This document shows positions 8,985 through 18,270 of a stretch of DNA of 64,000 nt, in pieces. A program made the translations under genes and the position numbers. The notes under the pieces were generated by a model that saw only the letters and a list, made by a program, of their open reading frames with translations, was not told the origin of the DNA and searched no databases. The stretch lies in the NCBI GenBank assembly GCA_003635195.1, contig PYIY01000203.1, positions 781-64,780 of the forward strand, given 5' to 3'. This stretch comes from Candidatus Poribacteria bacterium. GTDB taxonomy: Bacteria > Poribacteria > WGA-4E > WGA-3G. Every line of letters starts with the position of its first letter. Within the stretch, counting starts at the first letter, position 1.

Positions 8985-9048
8985 AGCGTAAGGCACGAGT
9001 TATTGGTCAAAACGGAAAAAACGGCGCGAAAACCTAATAATTAAAAAA

Positions 9049-10077
9049 ATGAACTGGCTCCGTTTTGGCAATCCCGAATATCTCCATTTTCTATGGGCAG
9101 TACCCCCTCTAATTTTCCTATTGCTCTTTGGGCTGCGACAGAAGCGGAATGCCCTGCTGCGATTCCACAGCAATGTCAATCCGACGCATCTCAAACACCA
9201 TAGAATCCAAGCTGGATTGTTGCTCCTAAGTTATATCTGTATCACGCTTGCAATCGCGCGTCCGCAGTGGGGTGCGAAATCCGAATCAGTCGCTGAGAGG
9301 TTAGATGTTATAATCGCACTTGATATTTCAACGAGCATGCTCGCGGAAGATGAGGAATCCGTTCGACGACTTGATCAAGCCAAAACGTTCATATTCTCAC
9401 TATTAGATGAACTTGAGGGTGATAGGGTCGGATTACTCTACTTTGCAGAGGCAAGTTTTGTGGTATGTCCGCTGACGAGCGATACTGTCACACTCAGAGA
9501 ATTCTTAGCGGCGATAACCGCAGAAACACTTGCGCACAGTGGCACCCGTATCCGTAATGCGATTGAAACAGCAATAGACCGACTTGTTTCGGATCAAAAC
9601 CGGACAGCCATCGCGCCCGATTTCGGTGGACAGAAGGTCCTGATTCTTTTTACAGACGGGGAGGATCACGGAGGAGAGGCGATTGAGGCGGCGAAAACAG
9701 CGACCCAGAAAGGCGTGCATATCTATTGCGTCGGCGTTGGTGACTCTATCAAGTCTGTGCCTATACCACTGCAAGGTGATGCTGGGACAGAAGTTACGCC
9801 CTACAAGCGCGATGCTAACGGACAACTCGTGCTAACAGCATTAGATGAAACGCGTCTGAAAGAAATCGCCAAAGCCGGAGACGGCACCTATTACCCTGCA
9901 ACAGCGGGGATTACCCAGTTAGCAACGGATTTGGCACGACTTGAAAAACAAAAGTTTAGAATCCGCGCTGATGGCAACTATCAAGAACGCTTTCAATGGT
10001 TTGTTGCCGGGGCGTTAATTTTGCTCATCTGTGAGGTGCTGCACTTTATGCTGTTGTCTCGCAAACCGCGGCGTTAA
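9049..10077 (+). CDS. VWA domain protein, BatA/BatB-like
   Basis: N-terminal MNWLRFGNPEYLHFLW plus TM. MIDAS motif DISTSM. A C-terminal TM helix. Confidence 0.8.
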   Translation: MNWLRFGNPEYLHFLWAVPPLIFLLLFGLRQKRNALLRFHSNVNPTHLKHHRIQAGLLLLSYICITLAIARPQWGAKSESVAERLDVIIALDISTSMLAEDEESVRRLDQAKTFIFSLLDELEGDRVGLLYFAEASFVVCPLTSDTVTLREFLAAITAETLAHSGTRIRNAIETAIDRLVSDQNRTAIAPDFGGQKVLILFTDGEDHGGEAIEAAKTATQKGVHIYCVGVGDSIKSVPIPLQGDAGTEVTPYKRDANGQLVLTALDETRLKEIAKAGDGTYYPATAGITQLATDLARLEKQKFRIRADGNYQERFQWFVAGALILLICEVLHFMLLSRKPRR

Positions 10078-10123
10078 GAACCGATCGGGATTAAAAGTTG
10101 AGCAGGTTTGGACTCGGCTGGTA

Positions 10124-11122
10124 TTATGCTTTTTTCAAGGATAATCCGCTTGGACGGAAGCGCATCAAGAGGATGAGGATGATCCCGAAGATGAGGTATC
10201 GAGCGTTGCCGAATTGGTAGGGAATGATGAAGCCGGGTCTCAAAACTTCACCTAAAGAACCGAGAATCGCTGCGCCTATCATGGCACCTCTGATGCTTCC
10301 CATACCGCCGAGGACTACCATACACAAGATCAGGATAGATTCCCAAAATTCAAAGAATGGTGCGCTGATATTAACCTGGAATTGGGCGATAAACGCCCCA
10401 CCGAGGGCTCCGATCGCAGCACTCACGGCAAACGCCAGCGATTTATAGCGACTGACGTTAATTCCCATACTCTCTGCGGCTTGCTCATCTTCACGGATAG
10501 CGACCCATGCCCTACCGACACGGGAATGCTGTAGCCGATAGGTGATAAAAATTACTAAGGTTAGCAGGATAAGAATATGGTAGTAGTTGTGCCAATTTTG
10601 ATTGAAGGTTATTCCAAAAAGTGTAGGAGAGGGGATACCGCGCAGCTGACCGTTTGGCGCGCCGACCAACCACTGTTCGTTCCTGATAATACGGAAGAAC
10701 AGTTCGGCGAAGCCGAACGTAACAATGGCAAAATAATCGCCTGTAAGCCGCAAAGTGGGTGCGCCGCGCAATAGTCCCCAGGCCGTCCCGTGTAGGACAG
10801 CGAGTGGGAGGGCAACCCAATAACTTACCCCAAGCCTTGCCATCAATATCCCGGCTGTATAACCGCCGATGAGGTAAAAACAGACATAGCCCAGATCCAA
10901 CAATCCCGTAAATCCGCATACAATGTTCAATCCGACCGCGAGGAGCATATAGACGCATGCCCGAACGATAATCCGTAGCATATACTCGCCCCCTGGCCAG
11001 CCGAGATAGATATCGGATCGTGACAAGAAATCGACGATGTCGTCTATTCCATACATCAATAGCGGTAGGAAACAGATCAGTAAGCCAAGGATAATGTTTT
11101 TTGGTGTGAGTTTATCTTTCAT
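10124..11122 (-). CDS. livM: branched-chain amino acid ABC transporter permease
   Basis: LivM-type polytopic permease (GLLDLGYVCFYLIGGY). I chose the start at MKDKL, adjacent to the livH stop. Confidence 0.85.
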   Translation of the reverse strand: MKDKLTPKNIILGLLICFLPLLMYGIDDIVDFLSRSDIYLGWPGGEYMLRIIVRACVYMLLAVGLNIVCGFTGLLDLGYVCFYLIGGYTAGILMARLGVSYWVALPLAVLHGTAWGLLRGAPTLRLTGDYFAIVTFGFAELFFRIIRNEQWLVGAPNGQLRGIPSPTLFGITFNQNWHNYYHILILLTLVIFITYRLQHSRVGRAWVAIREDEQAAESMGINVSRYKSLAFAVSAAIGALGGAFIAQFQVNISAPFFEFWESILILCMVVLGGMGSIRGAMIGAAILGSLGEVLRPGFIIPYQFGNARYLIFGIILILLMRFRPSGLSLKKA

Positions 11123-11123
11123 G

Positions 11124-12047
11124 CTAAGCTCGTGTTCCCGTTGATTTTCCGAACAGTCCGGATGGACGGATAACAATGACTGCGATCATGATAATATAGG
11201 CGATCGCTAACCGGTAACCTCCAGAGATATAGCCAGCCCCAAACACTTCTGCTAACCCGATGATGATACCCCCGAGCATTGCCCCTGTAATGTTGCCAAT
11301 GCCGCCGAGAACGGCAGCTGCAAACGCTGCAACCCCTTTGTAGTATCCCATAGTAGGTGTAATATTTTCGCTCAAACCTACCATTATGCCAGCAATTGCC
11401 CCTAAAGCGGAACCAATAGCAAATGTTACCGCAATGACTTGGTTTGTCTTAATCCCCATTAAATTTGACGCGACACGGTTTTGTGCACAAGCCCGCATAG
11501 CTTTACCGATTTTAGTCAGGTAAATCAGTCTGTTTAAGGCGATCATTAAGACAACTGCCAGTAAGAGAATGCATACATCACGATAAGGGAGAACACCACC
11601 GCCAGGTAGCGGTATGGCGTTTAAAATCTCGCCTGTTTGCATATTGACTTCGCTGACGAGAAATGCTGGAAGCGTTTCGGTTGGAAATAGCCGGGGTCTC
11701 GCTGACCAAATCATCCGGGCGAGGTTTTGTAACACAAGGGATATGCCTATCGCTGTAATTAATGCCGATAAGCGCGGCGCATCCCGAAGGGGACGGTACG
11801 CTACGAGGTCTATCAACATTCCTAACATTGCACATAGGAGCATACTGGCGGGTACTGCTATCCAAAACGGTATATTGAAAACCGTTATAAGCATCAGGGC
11901 GAGGTAGGCACCAAACATAAAAATTTCGCCATGGGCGAAGTTAATCAATTGGATAATGCCGTAGACCATGGTGTAGCCTACGGCAATAAGCGCGTAGATG
12001 CCACCTAACACCAACCCGTTAATAAATTGTTCCAATAATTGCGCCAT
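11124..12047 (-). CDS. livH: branched-chain amino acid ABC transporter permease
   Basis: MAQLLEQFINGLVLGGIYALIAVGYTMVYG and INFAHGE blocks. Confidence 0.9.
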   Translation of the reverse strand: MAQLLEQFINGLVLGGIYALIAVGYTMVYGIIQLINFAHGEIFMFGAYLALMLITVFNIPFWIAVPASMLLCAMLGMLIDLVAYRPLRDAPRLSALITAIGISLVLQNLARMIWSARPRLFPTETLPAFLVSEVNMQTGEILNAIPLPGGGVLPYRDVCILLLAVVLMIALNRLIYLTKIGKAMRACAQNRVASNLMGIKTNQVIAVTFAIGSALGAIAGIMVGLSENITPTMGYYKGVAAFAAAVLGGIGNITGAMLGGIIIGLAEVFGAGYISGGYRLAIAYIIMIAVIVIRPSGLFGKSTGTRA

Positions 12048-12130
12048 AATGCTCTTCTGTTAGTGTTAACCTCGTAGAAAAAAGACTCTGAACGTTGCTC
12101 TGTTCTACCTGCTTCTTTGAACAAAACCGC

Positions 12131-13333
12131 TTACTTCAATTCACGCAGCTGTTTCTCTGCGGCAACAAATTGTCCATCTTTGACAATTTTTACGTAAGCC
12201 GGTTTGTTGACGGTATCACCATTTATATCAAAATAGGTTAACCCGGTAACCCCTTCGTAGCCTTCTTCAGGTGTGTCTAAGGATGCTAAATGCTCCCGAA
12301 TGGCTTTTCGGTTATCTTCGATGGATGCTTCAGCGTTGTAAGTTTTTTCAAGTGCTTCCTTAATCATTCCGACAGCATCATAGGTCAATGCGGCCCATGT
12401 ATCTGGGGTTACACCGTGAAGTGCCTTGAAATTAGCTTCCATCTGTTTCGCTTCTGTGCCGCCTGCACCAAATGTAAAAGGTGTGGTTAGATAAGTTCCC
12501 TCTGCGGCGGACCCCGCGACTGTGAGAAAATCTGGTGAATCCACGCCATCGGCTCCGAAAAACTGGGCGGTAATTCCGGCTTCACGTCCCTGTTTAACGA
12601 TTAAGCCGGCTTCCGTGAAGAGTCCAGAGATAAAAATAGCGTCAGGATTTTTGGCTTTAATGCTCGTCAGCTGCGCCTTAAAATTAGTACTGTCTCTTTC
12701 ATAGGCTTCCGAAGCGACGAGATTAAGTCCTATTCTTTCGGCTTCTGCTACGAATGCGTTTCTTAAACCTCGACCGTAGTCGTCGTTATCAAAGAAAACA
12801 GCAACCGATTCAATATCCGTCAAGACGTTATCAATATATTGCGCGATGAATTTCCCCTGAAAACCGTCGTGGTACAAATTTCGGAAAGTCCAGGGACTTC
12901 TTTCACAAACTTCTACAGCCGTTGAGCCGGGGGAGAGTTCAACAATACCTACACGGTCGTAAATCTCTTGACCTGCTAATGAGCAGGTACTGTTAAAATG
13001 TCCGACAACCGCGACAATTTTTTGCGGGCTGTTGACGATACGTTCTGCGACGAGGCTTGCCTCTGAACCTTTGCCAGCATCATCTTCAAAAAGTAGCGTC
13101 AGTTTCATACCGTTGATGCCCCCTGCCTCGTTAATTTCTTTTTGTCTCAGCTCAGCACCGCGTCGGATCATTTCTCCGAACGCTGCAGCACTACCTGTAT
13201 ACGGTGCTGCAACAGCGACTTTTAACTCTTTCTGTGTTGTCTGTGTTGTGCTTGTATTCTTCTTATCTTGGGGTTGACATCCCAAAACGGACACAAACCC
13301 CACTATTAGCAGCCCTACAAACCAATTTCTCAT
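12131..13333 (-). CDS. ABC substrate-binding lipoprotein, LivJ/K (type I PBP) family
   Basis: The lipobox VLGC follows MRNWFVGLLIVGF. GAAGGGAG RBS precedes ATG 13333. LKVAVAAPYTGSAAAFG...INGMKL block. The longer ORF reaching 13522 is an artefact. Confidence 0.85.
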   Translation of the reverse strand: MRNWFVGLLIVGFVSVLGCQPQDKKNTSTTQTTQKELKVAVAAPYTGSAAAFGEMIRRGAELRQKEINEAGGINGMKLTLLFEDDAGKGSEASLVAERIVNSPQKIVAVVGHFNSTCSLAGQEIYDRVGIVELSPGSTAVEVCERSPWTFRNLYHDGFQGKFIAQYIDNVLTDIESVAVFFDNDDYGRGLRNAFVAEAERIGLNLVASEAYERDSTNFKAQLTSIKAKNPDAIFISGLFTEAGLIVKQGREAGITAQFFGADGVDSPDFLTVAGSAAEGTYLTTPFTFGAGGTEAKQMEANFKALHGVTPDTWAALTYDAVGMIKEALEKTYNAEASIEDNRKAIREHLASLDTPEEGYEGVTGLTYFDINGDTVNKPAYVKIVKDGQFVAAEKQLRELK

Positions 13334-13397
13334 GTTATCTATGCTCCCTTCATTTTCCGGCAAGTCTTGTGTGCTATCAATCCGAAGTATGCTTATT

Positions 13398-14168
13398 TTA
13401 CGGCAAGACCTGCCTGAAGTCAATTTTAAATTCCAATTTATCTGCTTTACCATTTGAGCCGATGATCCGAATGTCCGGCGCAATAATTCTGAGGTCGGTC
13501 GCCTGACTCTCAAGACGGTCAAAAATTAAGAAACCGCTCCGTTTCGCACCGGAGAACAGTTTACCGCTTTCAAAAACAGTGTCCTCTATCACAATACGTC
13601 CCCACTCTAACGCCTCAGCGTCTACATAAGATTGATAATATCCGTAGTAGGAGGGATAAACAGGAGCGGCATACGGATGATATGCGGCACGCCCAGGGTC
13701 GCCCTGCAAGACGTTCACGTTGTCGTAAAGTGAATCAAAGTAATCATTAGGTAAATTCGCGTATTGCGCGCCGTTTGCATCCATGAGTATGGCTATGTCT
13801 CCAACAAGCACACGGCGATGCTCGCGATTGTGGACTATAAGTTCAAACACCGTATAGATAGGTTCAACGTCACCATTCCTCTTGACGATGAGGTACGGAT
13901 TCATTTTCGGATCTTCAGTGAGTGCGAACAGTTCCACCTCATCAAGTGGTTTGAGGGTAACAGCGACTCCCTTTTTCACCACCGTTGCGGCACCTGTCTC
14001 TGCATCAATTTTGGCGTTAAAACGTCCCGTAATGGGTTCCACATAAACATCGATTGAGGGTTGTGGTGCAGCGGCACATCCTGCCAATAGTGCTCCCGTG
14101 AGCAGAAGCAAACCGATACTGCCCATAAGTTGATACCGGAAATTGACGCGATTTTTCCTGCGAGTCAT
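13398..14168 (-). CDS. hypothetical lipoprotein
   Basis: Signal peptide plus lipobox LLAGC. 256 aa. I recognise no family. Confidence 0.6.
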   Translation of the reverse strand: MTRRKNRVNFRYQLMGSIGLLLLTGALLAGCAAAPQPSIDVYVEPITGRFNAKIDAETGAATVVKKGVAVTLKPLDEVELFALTEDPKMNPYLIVKRNGDVEPIYTVFELIVHNREHRRVLVGDIAILMDANGAQYANLPNDYFDSLYDNVNVLQGDPGRAAYHPYAAPVYPSYYGYYQSYVDAEALEWGRIVIEDTVFESGKLFSGAKRSGFLIFDRLESQATDLRIIAPDIRIIGSNGKADKLEFKIDFRQVLP

Positions 14169-14193
14169 GAGTCTTACCCTCCCATGTAATTAT

Positions 14194-14222
14194 ATTTTAC
14201 GCAATGTGAATTTCATTGTCAA
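14194..14222 (-). promoter_or_regulatory. sigma-70-type promoter (minus strand)
   Basis: The minus strand reads TTGACA, 17 nt, TAAAAT. It lies about 25 nt upstream of the lipoprotein gene start. Confidence 0.5.
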
Positions 14223-14280
14223 GGTTTTTATTTTTAATAAATGTAGGTTGATGGAACTACCTGTAGTGCTCAACCCACAG

Positions 14281-14898
14281 CTAAAACTCCCATTTTAACA
14301 ATGTGGCGCGATTATGCCAGACGAGTACCCCTGTTGCAGTACCGATTGCCGCGCCAACGAGTACATCTGAAGTATAGTGCCGTCCTAAATAGATTCGCGA
14401 GAAGCCAACGAGTCCTGCCCCGATATAGAGTGGAATTCGCCATTTCGGATACCGATACCCTAAAATAGTCGCAACGCTGAATGTAATGGATGCGTGCCCT
14501 GATGGCATTGCTGGATTTCCGAGTGTTTCGTCAAGCGGTCGTTTCCTGCCGACCAACCTTTTCATCCCATACGTTATAATCCCTGCTCCCATGTATGCCG
14601 AAGACAAAAGTTTTCCAGTTTCCCGATGGGATTCATTTCCATAAGAAAATAGGAGGATTGAAGCACCCATCAGGCCTCGGTAATCTCCGAGCCTTGAGAT
14701 GCCTTTCATGCCTGTCCATATCGGTTCTTGATGTGGTGGCGCGTCGTAGATACGATCAAAGAGTGTTTGGTCCCAGCGCGATAAGAAGTTTTCAGCAGTT
14801 GCATCTGAACCTGTTATAAAACCACAGAGAATCCAGCTGCATATAAACCACGGTTTAAAGTATCTCGCGAGGACGTAACTAATACACCGATGCTGCAT
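14281..14898 (-). CDS. PAP2-family phosphatase
   Basis: The three PAP2 motifs are KRLVGRKRP, PSGH and SRIYLGRHYTSD. Confidence 0.85.
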   Translation of the reverse strand: MQHRCISYVLARYFKPWFICSWILCGFITGSDATAENFLSRWDQTLFDRIYDAPPHQEPIWTGMKGISRLGDYRGLMGASILLFSYGNESHRETGKLLSSAYMGAGIITYGMKRLVGRKRPLDETLGNPAMPSGHASITFSVATILGYRYPKWRIPLYIGAGLVGFSRIYLGRHYTSDVLVGAAIGTATGVLVWHNRATLLKWEF

Positions 14899-14946
14899 TA
14901 TGAATTCTGCTTGACCTATGAAGTTCTATCTCTTATAATTTCGTGA

Positions 14947-15137
14947 GATGAAAATTAAATTAATTCGGTAATTTCTTGTGAAAGTCCGGTGCGGTTCATG
15001 AAGATTAAAAAATTAATTCGGTAATTTTTTGGGGTAGTCCGGTGCGGTTCCAAACCGCACCTACCGGGCCTGGGGTGAATTAGAATTACCGATTTAAATA
15101 ATTAAATTTCATCAAACCGCACCTACCGGCCTGGGGG
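14947..15137. repeat. MITE-like composite repeat with terminal inverted repeats and internal hairpins
   Basis: Left arm GATGAAAATTAAATTAATTCGGTAATT (14947-) is approximately the reverse complement of the arm ending at 15113. AATTAATTCGGTAATTT..GTCCGGTGCGGTTC is repeated directly. Hairpin GGTGCGGTT-CCA-AACCGCACC. AAACCGCACCTACCGG(G)CCTGGGG occurs twice (15052-15075 and 15114-15137). Confidence 0.6.
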
Positions 15138-15142
15138 AAAAG

Positions 15143-15433
15143 ATGCAGATACGCAATGCCGTGGTTGAGTATGATCTGGAGGAAGCGGGGAAGATGCTGG
15201 ATATCTCACCTACAGTCCTCAAACGCGCAGTTGACGCTGAGTATCTACAATATTACTATCGACGCGGCAAAAATGATTATCGGTTCCATGAAGCGAGTCT
15301 CCGCGCGAATAAGGAGTTACTCTCAGAAGACGATTATCGCACCGAGTTACTAAAAACGTTTTCGGTTTCAGAGGCTACCACGGTGCCTGACGCTCAGGAA
15401 ACGGATCCGCCGTCCAAGCCATCCGATCCATAG
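15143..15433 (+). CDS. small HTH (excisionase/MerR-like) protein, hypothetical
   Basis: DLEEAGKMLDISPTVLKRAVDAEYLQ..YRFHE resembles HTH_17-type DNA-binding domains. This is weak. Confidence 0.4.
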   Translation: MQIRNAVVEYDLEEAGKMLDISPTVLKRAVDAEYLQYYYRRGKNDYRFHEASLRANKELLSEDDYRTELLKTFSVSEATTVPDAQETDPPSKPSDP

Positions 15434-15465
15434 TCCTTTTCTCCTCAGGACTTGCGAGAATTTGA

Positions 15466-15490
15466 TAGGCGCGCTGATGCAGCGCGCCTA
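15466..15490. terminator. GC-rich stem-loop between convergent genes
   Basis: TAGGCGCGCTG-ATG-CAGCGCGCCTA forms a perfect 11-bp stem. The U-tracts are only weak or distant. Confidence 0.5.
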
Positions 15491-15522
15491 CTGGAAAATG
15501 GTTTGAATTTTTCCCATTTTCG

Positions 15523-16347
15523 TTAGTTTGCTTTAAGCCTGCCCCAGGTTGTCGCAAGTTTACCTTGCGCTTCTACTGCAGTAAACGTTGCTGCGATGCC
15601 ATTGTTCATAATATTCTTGACTTCTTCCTCTGTCAAACCGCGTTTCCAAAGGTTAAAGTCGTCCATCAGCCCGGTGAAAGGTCGCTTGTTGTCGATGTTA
15701 AAGCCGACACGTGCGCCTTGTCCCCAGTTGTCTGCGATCGGCGTGTCAAGGCGAGACTTTTCTTCACCGACCTTTTCACCGTTGATGTAGAGAACGGCTA
15801 ATCCGTCTGCGCGACTGTATGTGCCACCGTAATGTATCCATTCATTTGCCTTATTTTCACCAGCCCGGATATCAAATATCGTCCGCCCGGGGTTAGGTCC
15901 CCGATTCAGCCAACGATAGTTTCCGTCGCCCCGTGCCTCTGGGTGAACAAGCCAGGTGCCATCGGTTGCGCGGGCGTTGAAAAGTGCCATATCCGATACG
16001 GCTTCAACGTTAATCCACGCGAGAAGACTCATGCCTTCAGTGGGAATATCCTCGGCCTTAACATTGGGACCATCTAAATCGAGGAAGCTGCCGGCTGCGA
16101 AGTGGGCGGCTTTGCCGAATTTCCCATCATTGGATTGTGTGACATCGCCCTTAATCTCGCCATCATAGCCACGTCCAGACTTTTCAAGGACGGTATTTCC
16201 GTCGAAGTCCTCATAGTCGAAATACAGGACCAAATCCGCATCTAAAATCTGAGCGGATGCTTCTTGAATTTCGGCCATAAGCAAACAGAGCGTGCTTATC
16301 AGAAGTAAGCACATCAAACAAGCGGTTAGTATAGGATTTCGTTTCAT
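15523..16347 (-). CDS. secreted LamG/ConA-like protein, tail GKLATTWGRLKAN (tandem copy 1)
   Basis: Signal peptide. LamG-like LVLYFDYEDFDGNTVLEKSGRGYDGEI..GKFGKAAHF pattern. AAGGAGG RBS. Confidence 0.85.
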   Translation of the reverse strand: MKRNPILTACLMCLLLISTLCLLMAEIQEASAQILDADLVLYFDYEDFDGNTVLEKSGRGYDGEIKGDVTQSNDGKFGKAAHFAAGSFLDLDGPNVKAEDIPTEGMSLLAWINVEAVSDMALFNARATDGTWLVHPEARGDGNYRWLNRGPNPGRTIFDIRAGENKANEWIHYGGTYSRADGLAVLYINGEKVGEEKSRLDTPIADNWGQGARVGFNIDNKRPFTGLMDDFNLWKRGLTEEEVKNIMNNGIAATFTAVEAQGKLATTWGRLKAN

Positions 16348-16380
16348 CTTTTAAGGTCCTCCTTTAGATGAACCATTCTT

Positions 16381-17205
16381 TTACTTTGATGCCTTAAGTT
16401 TTCCCCAAGTCGTTGCGAGTTTGCCGCGTGCTTCCACAGCAAGAAACGCTTCGACACTATCGTTCATAATAGCATTGACTTCTTCTTCTGTCAAGCCACG
16501 TTTCCAGACGTTAAGTTCATCCATAAGTCCGGTGAAAGGTCGTTTGTTGTCGATGTTAAAGCCGACCCGTGCGCCCTGCCCCCAGTTGTCTGCGATCGGC
16601 GTGTCAAGGCGAGACTTTTCTTCACCGACCTTGTTGCCGTTGATGTAGAGGACAGCTAATTCGTCTGCGCGACTGTATGTGCCAGCGTAATGCTGCCATT
16701 TATTGGCTTCGTTTTTACCTGCCCGGATATCAAATATCGTCCTACCGGGATTAGGTCCCCGATTCAGCCAACGATAGTTTCCGTCGCCCCGTGCCTCTGG
16801 GTGAACAAGCCACGTGCCATCGGCTGCGCGGGCATTGAAAATTGCCATATCCGATATGGCTTCAACGTTAATCCATGCGACAACACTCATACCTTCAGTC
16901 GGAATGTCATCAGGGTCAACGTTGGCTCCATCTAAATCGAGAAAGCTGCCGGCTGCGAACAGACCGGCTTTGCCAAACTTTCCATCATCGGATTGTGTGA
17001 CCTTCCCATTAATCTCGCCATCGTAACCACGTCCAGATTTTTCAAGGACGGTACCACCCTTAAAATCTTCGTAATCAAAATACAGGACCAAATCCGGATC
17101 TAAAGCCTCAGCGGATGTGTCCTGCTTTTCTGCCATAAACAGACAGAGTGTGCCTATGAGAAATAAGCACATCAGATAAGACGTGAATATAAAGTTCCGT
17201 TTCAT
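16381..17205 (-). CDS. secreted LamG/ConA-like protein, tail GKLATTWGKLKASK (tandem copy 2)
   Basis: About 98% identical to copy 3 over the mature part. Its stop is exactly 858 bp from the stops of copies 1 and 3. Confidence 0.85.
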   Translation of the reverse strand: MKRNFIFTSYLMCLFLIGTLCLFMAEKQDTSAEALDPDLVLYFDYEDFKGGTVLEKSGRGYDGEINGKVTQSDDGKFGKAGLFAAGSFLDLDGANVDPDDIPTEGMSVVAWINVEAISDMAIFNARAADGTWLVHPEARGDGNYRWLNRGPNPGRTIFDIRAGKNEANKWQHYAGTYSRADELAVLYINGNKVGEEKSRLDTPIADNWGQGARVGFNIDNKRPFTGLMDELNVWKRGLTEEEVNAIMNDSVEAFLAVEARGKLATTWGKLKASK

Positions 17206-17238
17206 CTTTTAAGGTTCTCCTTTAGATAAACCATTCCT

Positions 17239-18078
17239 TTACTTTGATGCCTTAAGTTTTCCCCAAGTCGTTGCGAGTTTACCGTGTGCTTCCACAGCAA
17301 GAAAGGCTTCAACACTATCGTTCATAATAGCATTAACTTCTTCCTCTGTCAAGCCACGTTTCCAGACGTTAAGTTCATCCATAAGCCCGGTGAAAGGTCG
17401 TTTGTTGTCGATGTTAAAGCCGACCCGTGCGCCCTGCCCCCAGTTGTCTGCGATCGGCGTGTCAAGGCGAGACTTTTCTTCACCGACCTTGTTGCCATTG
17501 ATGTAGAGGACAGCTAATTCGTCTGCGCGGCTGTACGTGCCAGCGTAATGCTGCCATTTATTGGCTTCGTTTTTACCTGCCCGGATATCAAATATCGTCC
17601 TACCGGGGTTGGGCCCCCGATTCAGCCAACGATAATTTCCATCGCCACGGGCTTCGGGGTGTACAAGCCATGTGCCATCGGCTGCGCGGGCATTGAAAAT
17701 TGCCATATCCGATATGGCTTCAACGTTAATCCATGCGATGACACTCATGCCTTCGGTAGGAATGTCATCAGGGTCAACATTGGCTCCATCTAAATCGAGA
17801 AAGCTGCCGGCTGCGAACAGACCGGCTTTGCCAAACTTCCCATCATCGGATTGCGTGACCTTTCCATTAATCTCACCATCGTACCCGCGTCCGGATTTTT
17901 CAATGACGGTATCACCCTTGAATTCTTCATAATCGAAATATAGTACTAAATCCGGGTCTAAGGGTTCAGGTGATGCGAATTCTGTCGTATGTAGACAGAG
18001 CGCGCCTATCAGAAGTAAGCACACCAAATAAGGGGTGAGTTTACAATCCGATATTACAAATCTTAAGTTGCGTTTCAT
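17239..18078 (-). CDS. secreted LamG/ConA-like protein, tail GKLATTWGKLKASK (tandem copy 3)
   Basis: I chose the start at MKRNLRF (ATG 18078), behind AAGGAG. The ORF extends to 18117. Confidence 0.85.
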   Translation of the reverse strand: MKRNLRFVISDCKLTPYLVCLLLIGALCLHTTEFASPEPLDPDLVLYFDYEEFKGDTVIEKSGRGYDGEINGKVTQSDDGKFGKAGLFAAGSFLDLDGANVDPDDIPTEGMSVIAWINVEAISDMAIFNARAADGTWLVHPEARGDGNYRWLNRGPNPGRTIFDIRAGKNEANKWQHYAGTYSRADELAVLYINGNKVGEEKSRLDTPIADNWGQGARVGFNIDNKRPFTGLMDELNVWKRGLTEEEVNAIMNDSVEAFLAVEAHGKLATTWGKLKASK

Positions 18079-18270
18079 TTCAAAGTCTCCTTTGATTTTG
18101 ACGAACTGTTCGTTCACTTTTTTACAAACGACTACTCATATTAAAAGTTTACCACTTTTCCAGACGGGTCTGCAACGAAAAACGAAAATTTTCTTGATTT
18201 TAACTTCGTTTTACGGTAAACTGATTTAGAATATGGATGGAAAATTTAAGGTATCTAAAGGGAGCTCAGG

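Noticed and set aside
13334-13522. N-terminal 63-aa extension of the LivJ-like ORF, overlapping the 13398-14168 gene.
   Set aside because: The lipoprotein signal peptide and a good RBS sit at ATG 13333. The extension has no signal and overlaps the neighbouring gene's 3' end.
15038-15075. tRNA-like T-arm (TGCGG-TTCCAAA-CCGCA). A similar CCCGG-TTCGAGA-CCGGG lies on the minus strand at 55051-55071.
   Set aside because: I could not build an acceptor stem, D-arm or anticodon arm around either one. They are repeat or terminator hairpins.
15565-17932. Sets of plus-strand ORFs of 64-86 aa recurring three times (for example 15832-16077, 16690-16935, 17548-17793).
   Set aside because: They are antisense shadows of the triplicated minus-strand LamG genes. 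They recur only because the DNA is duplicated, and they lack RBSs and recognisable motifs.
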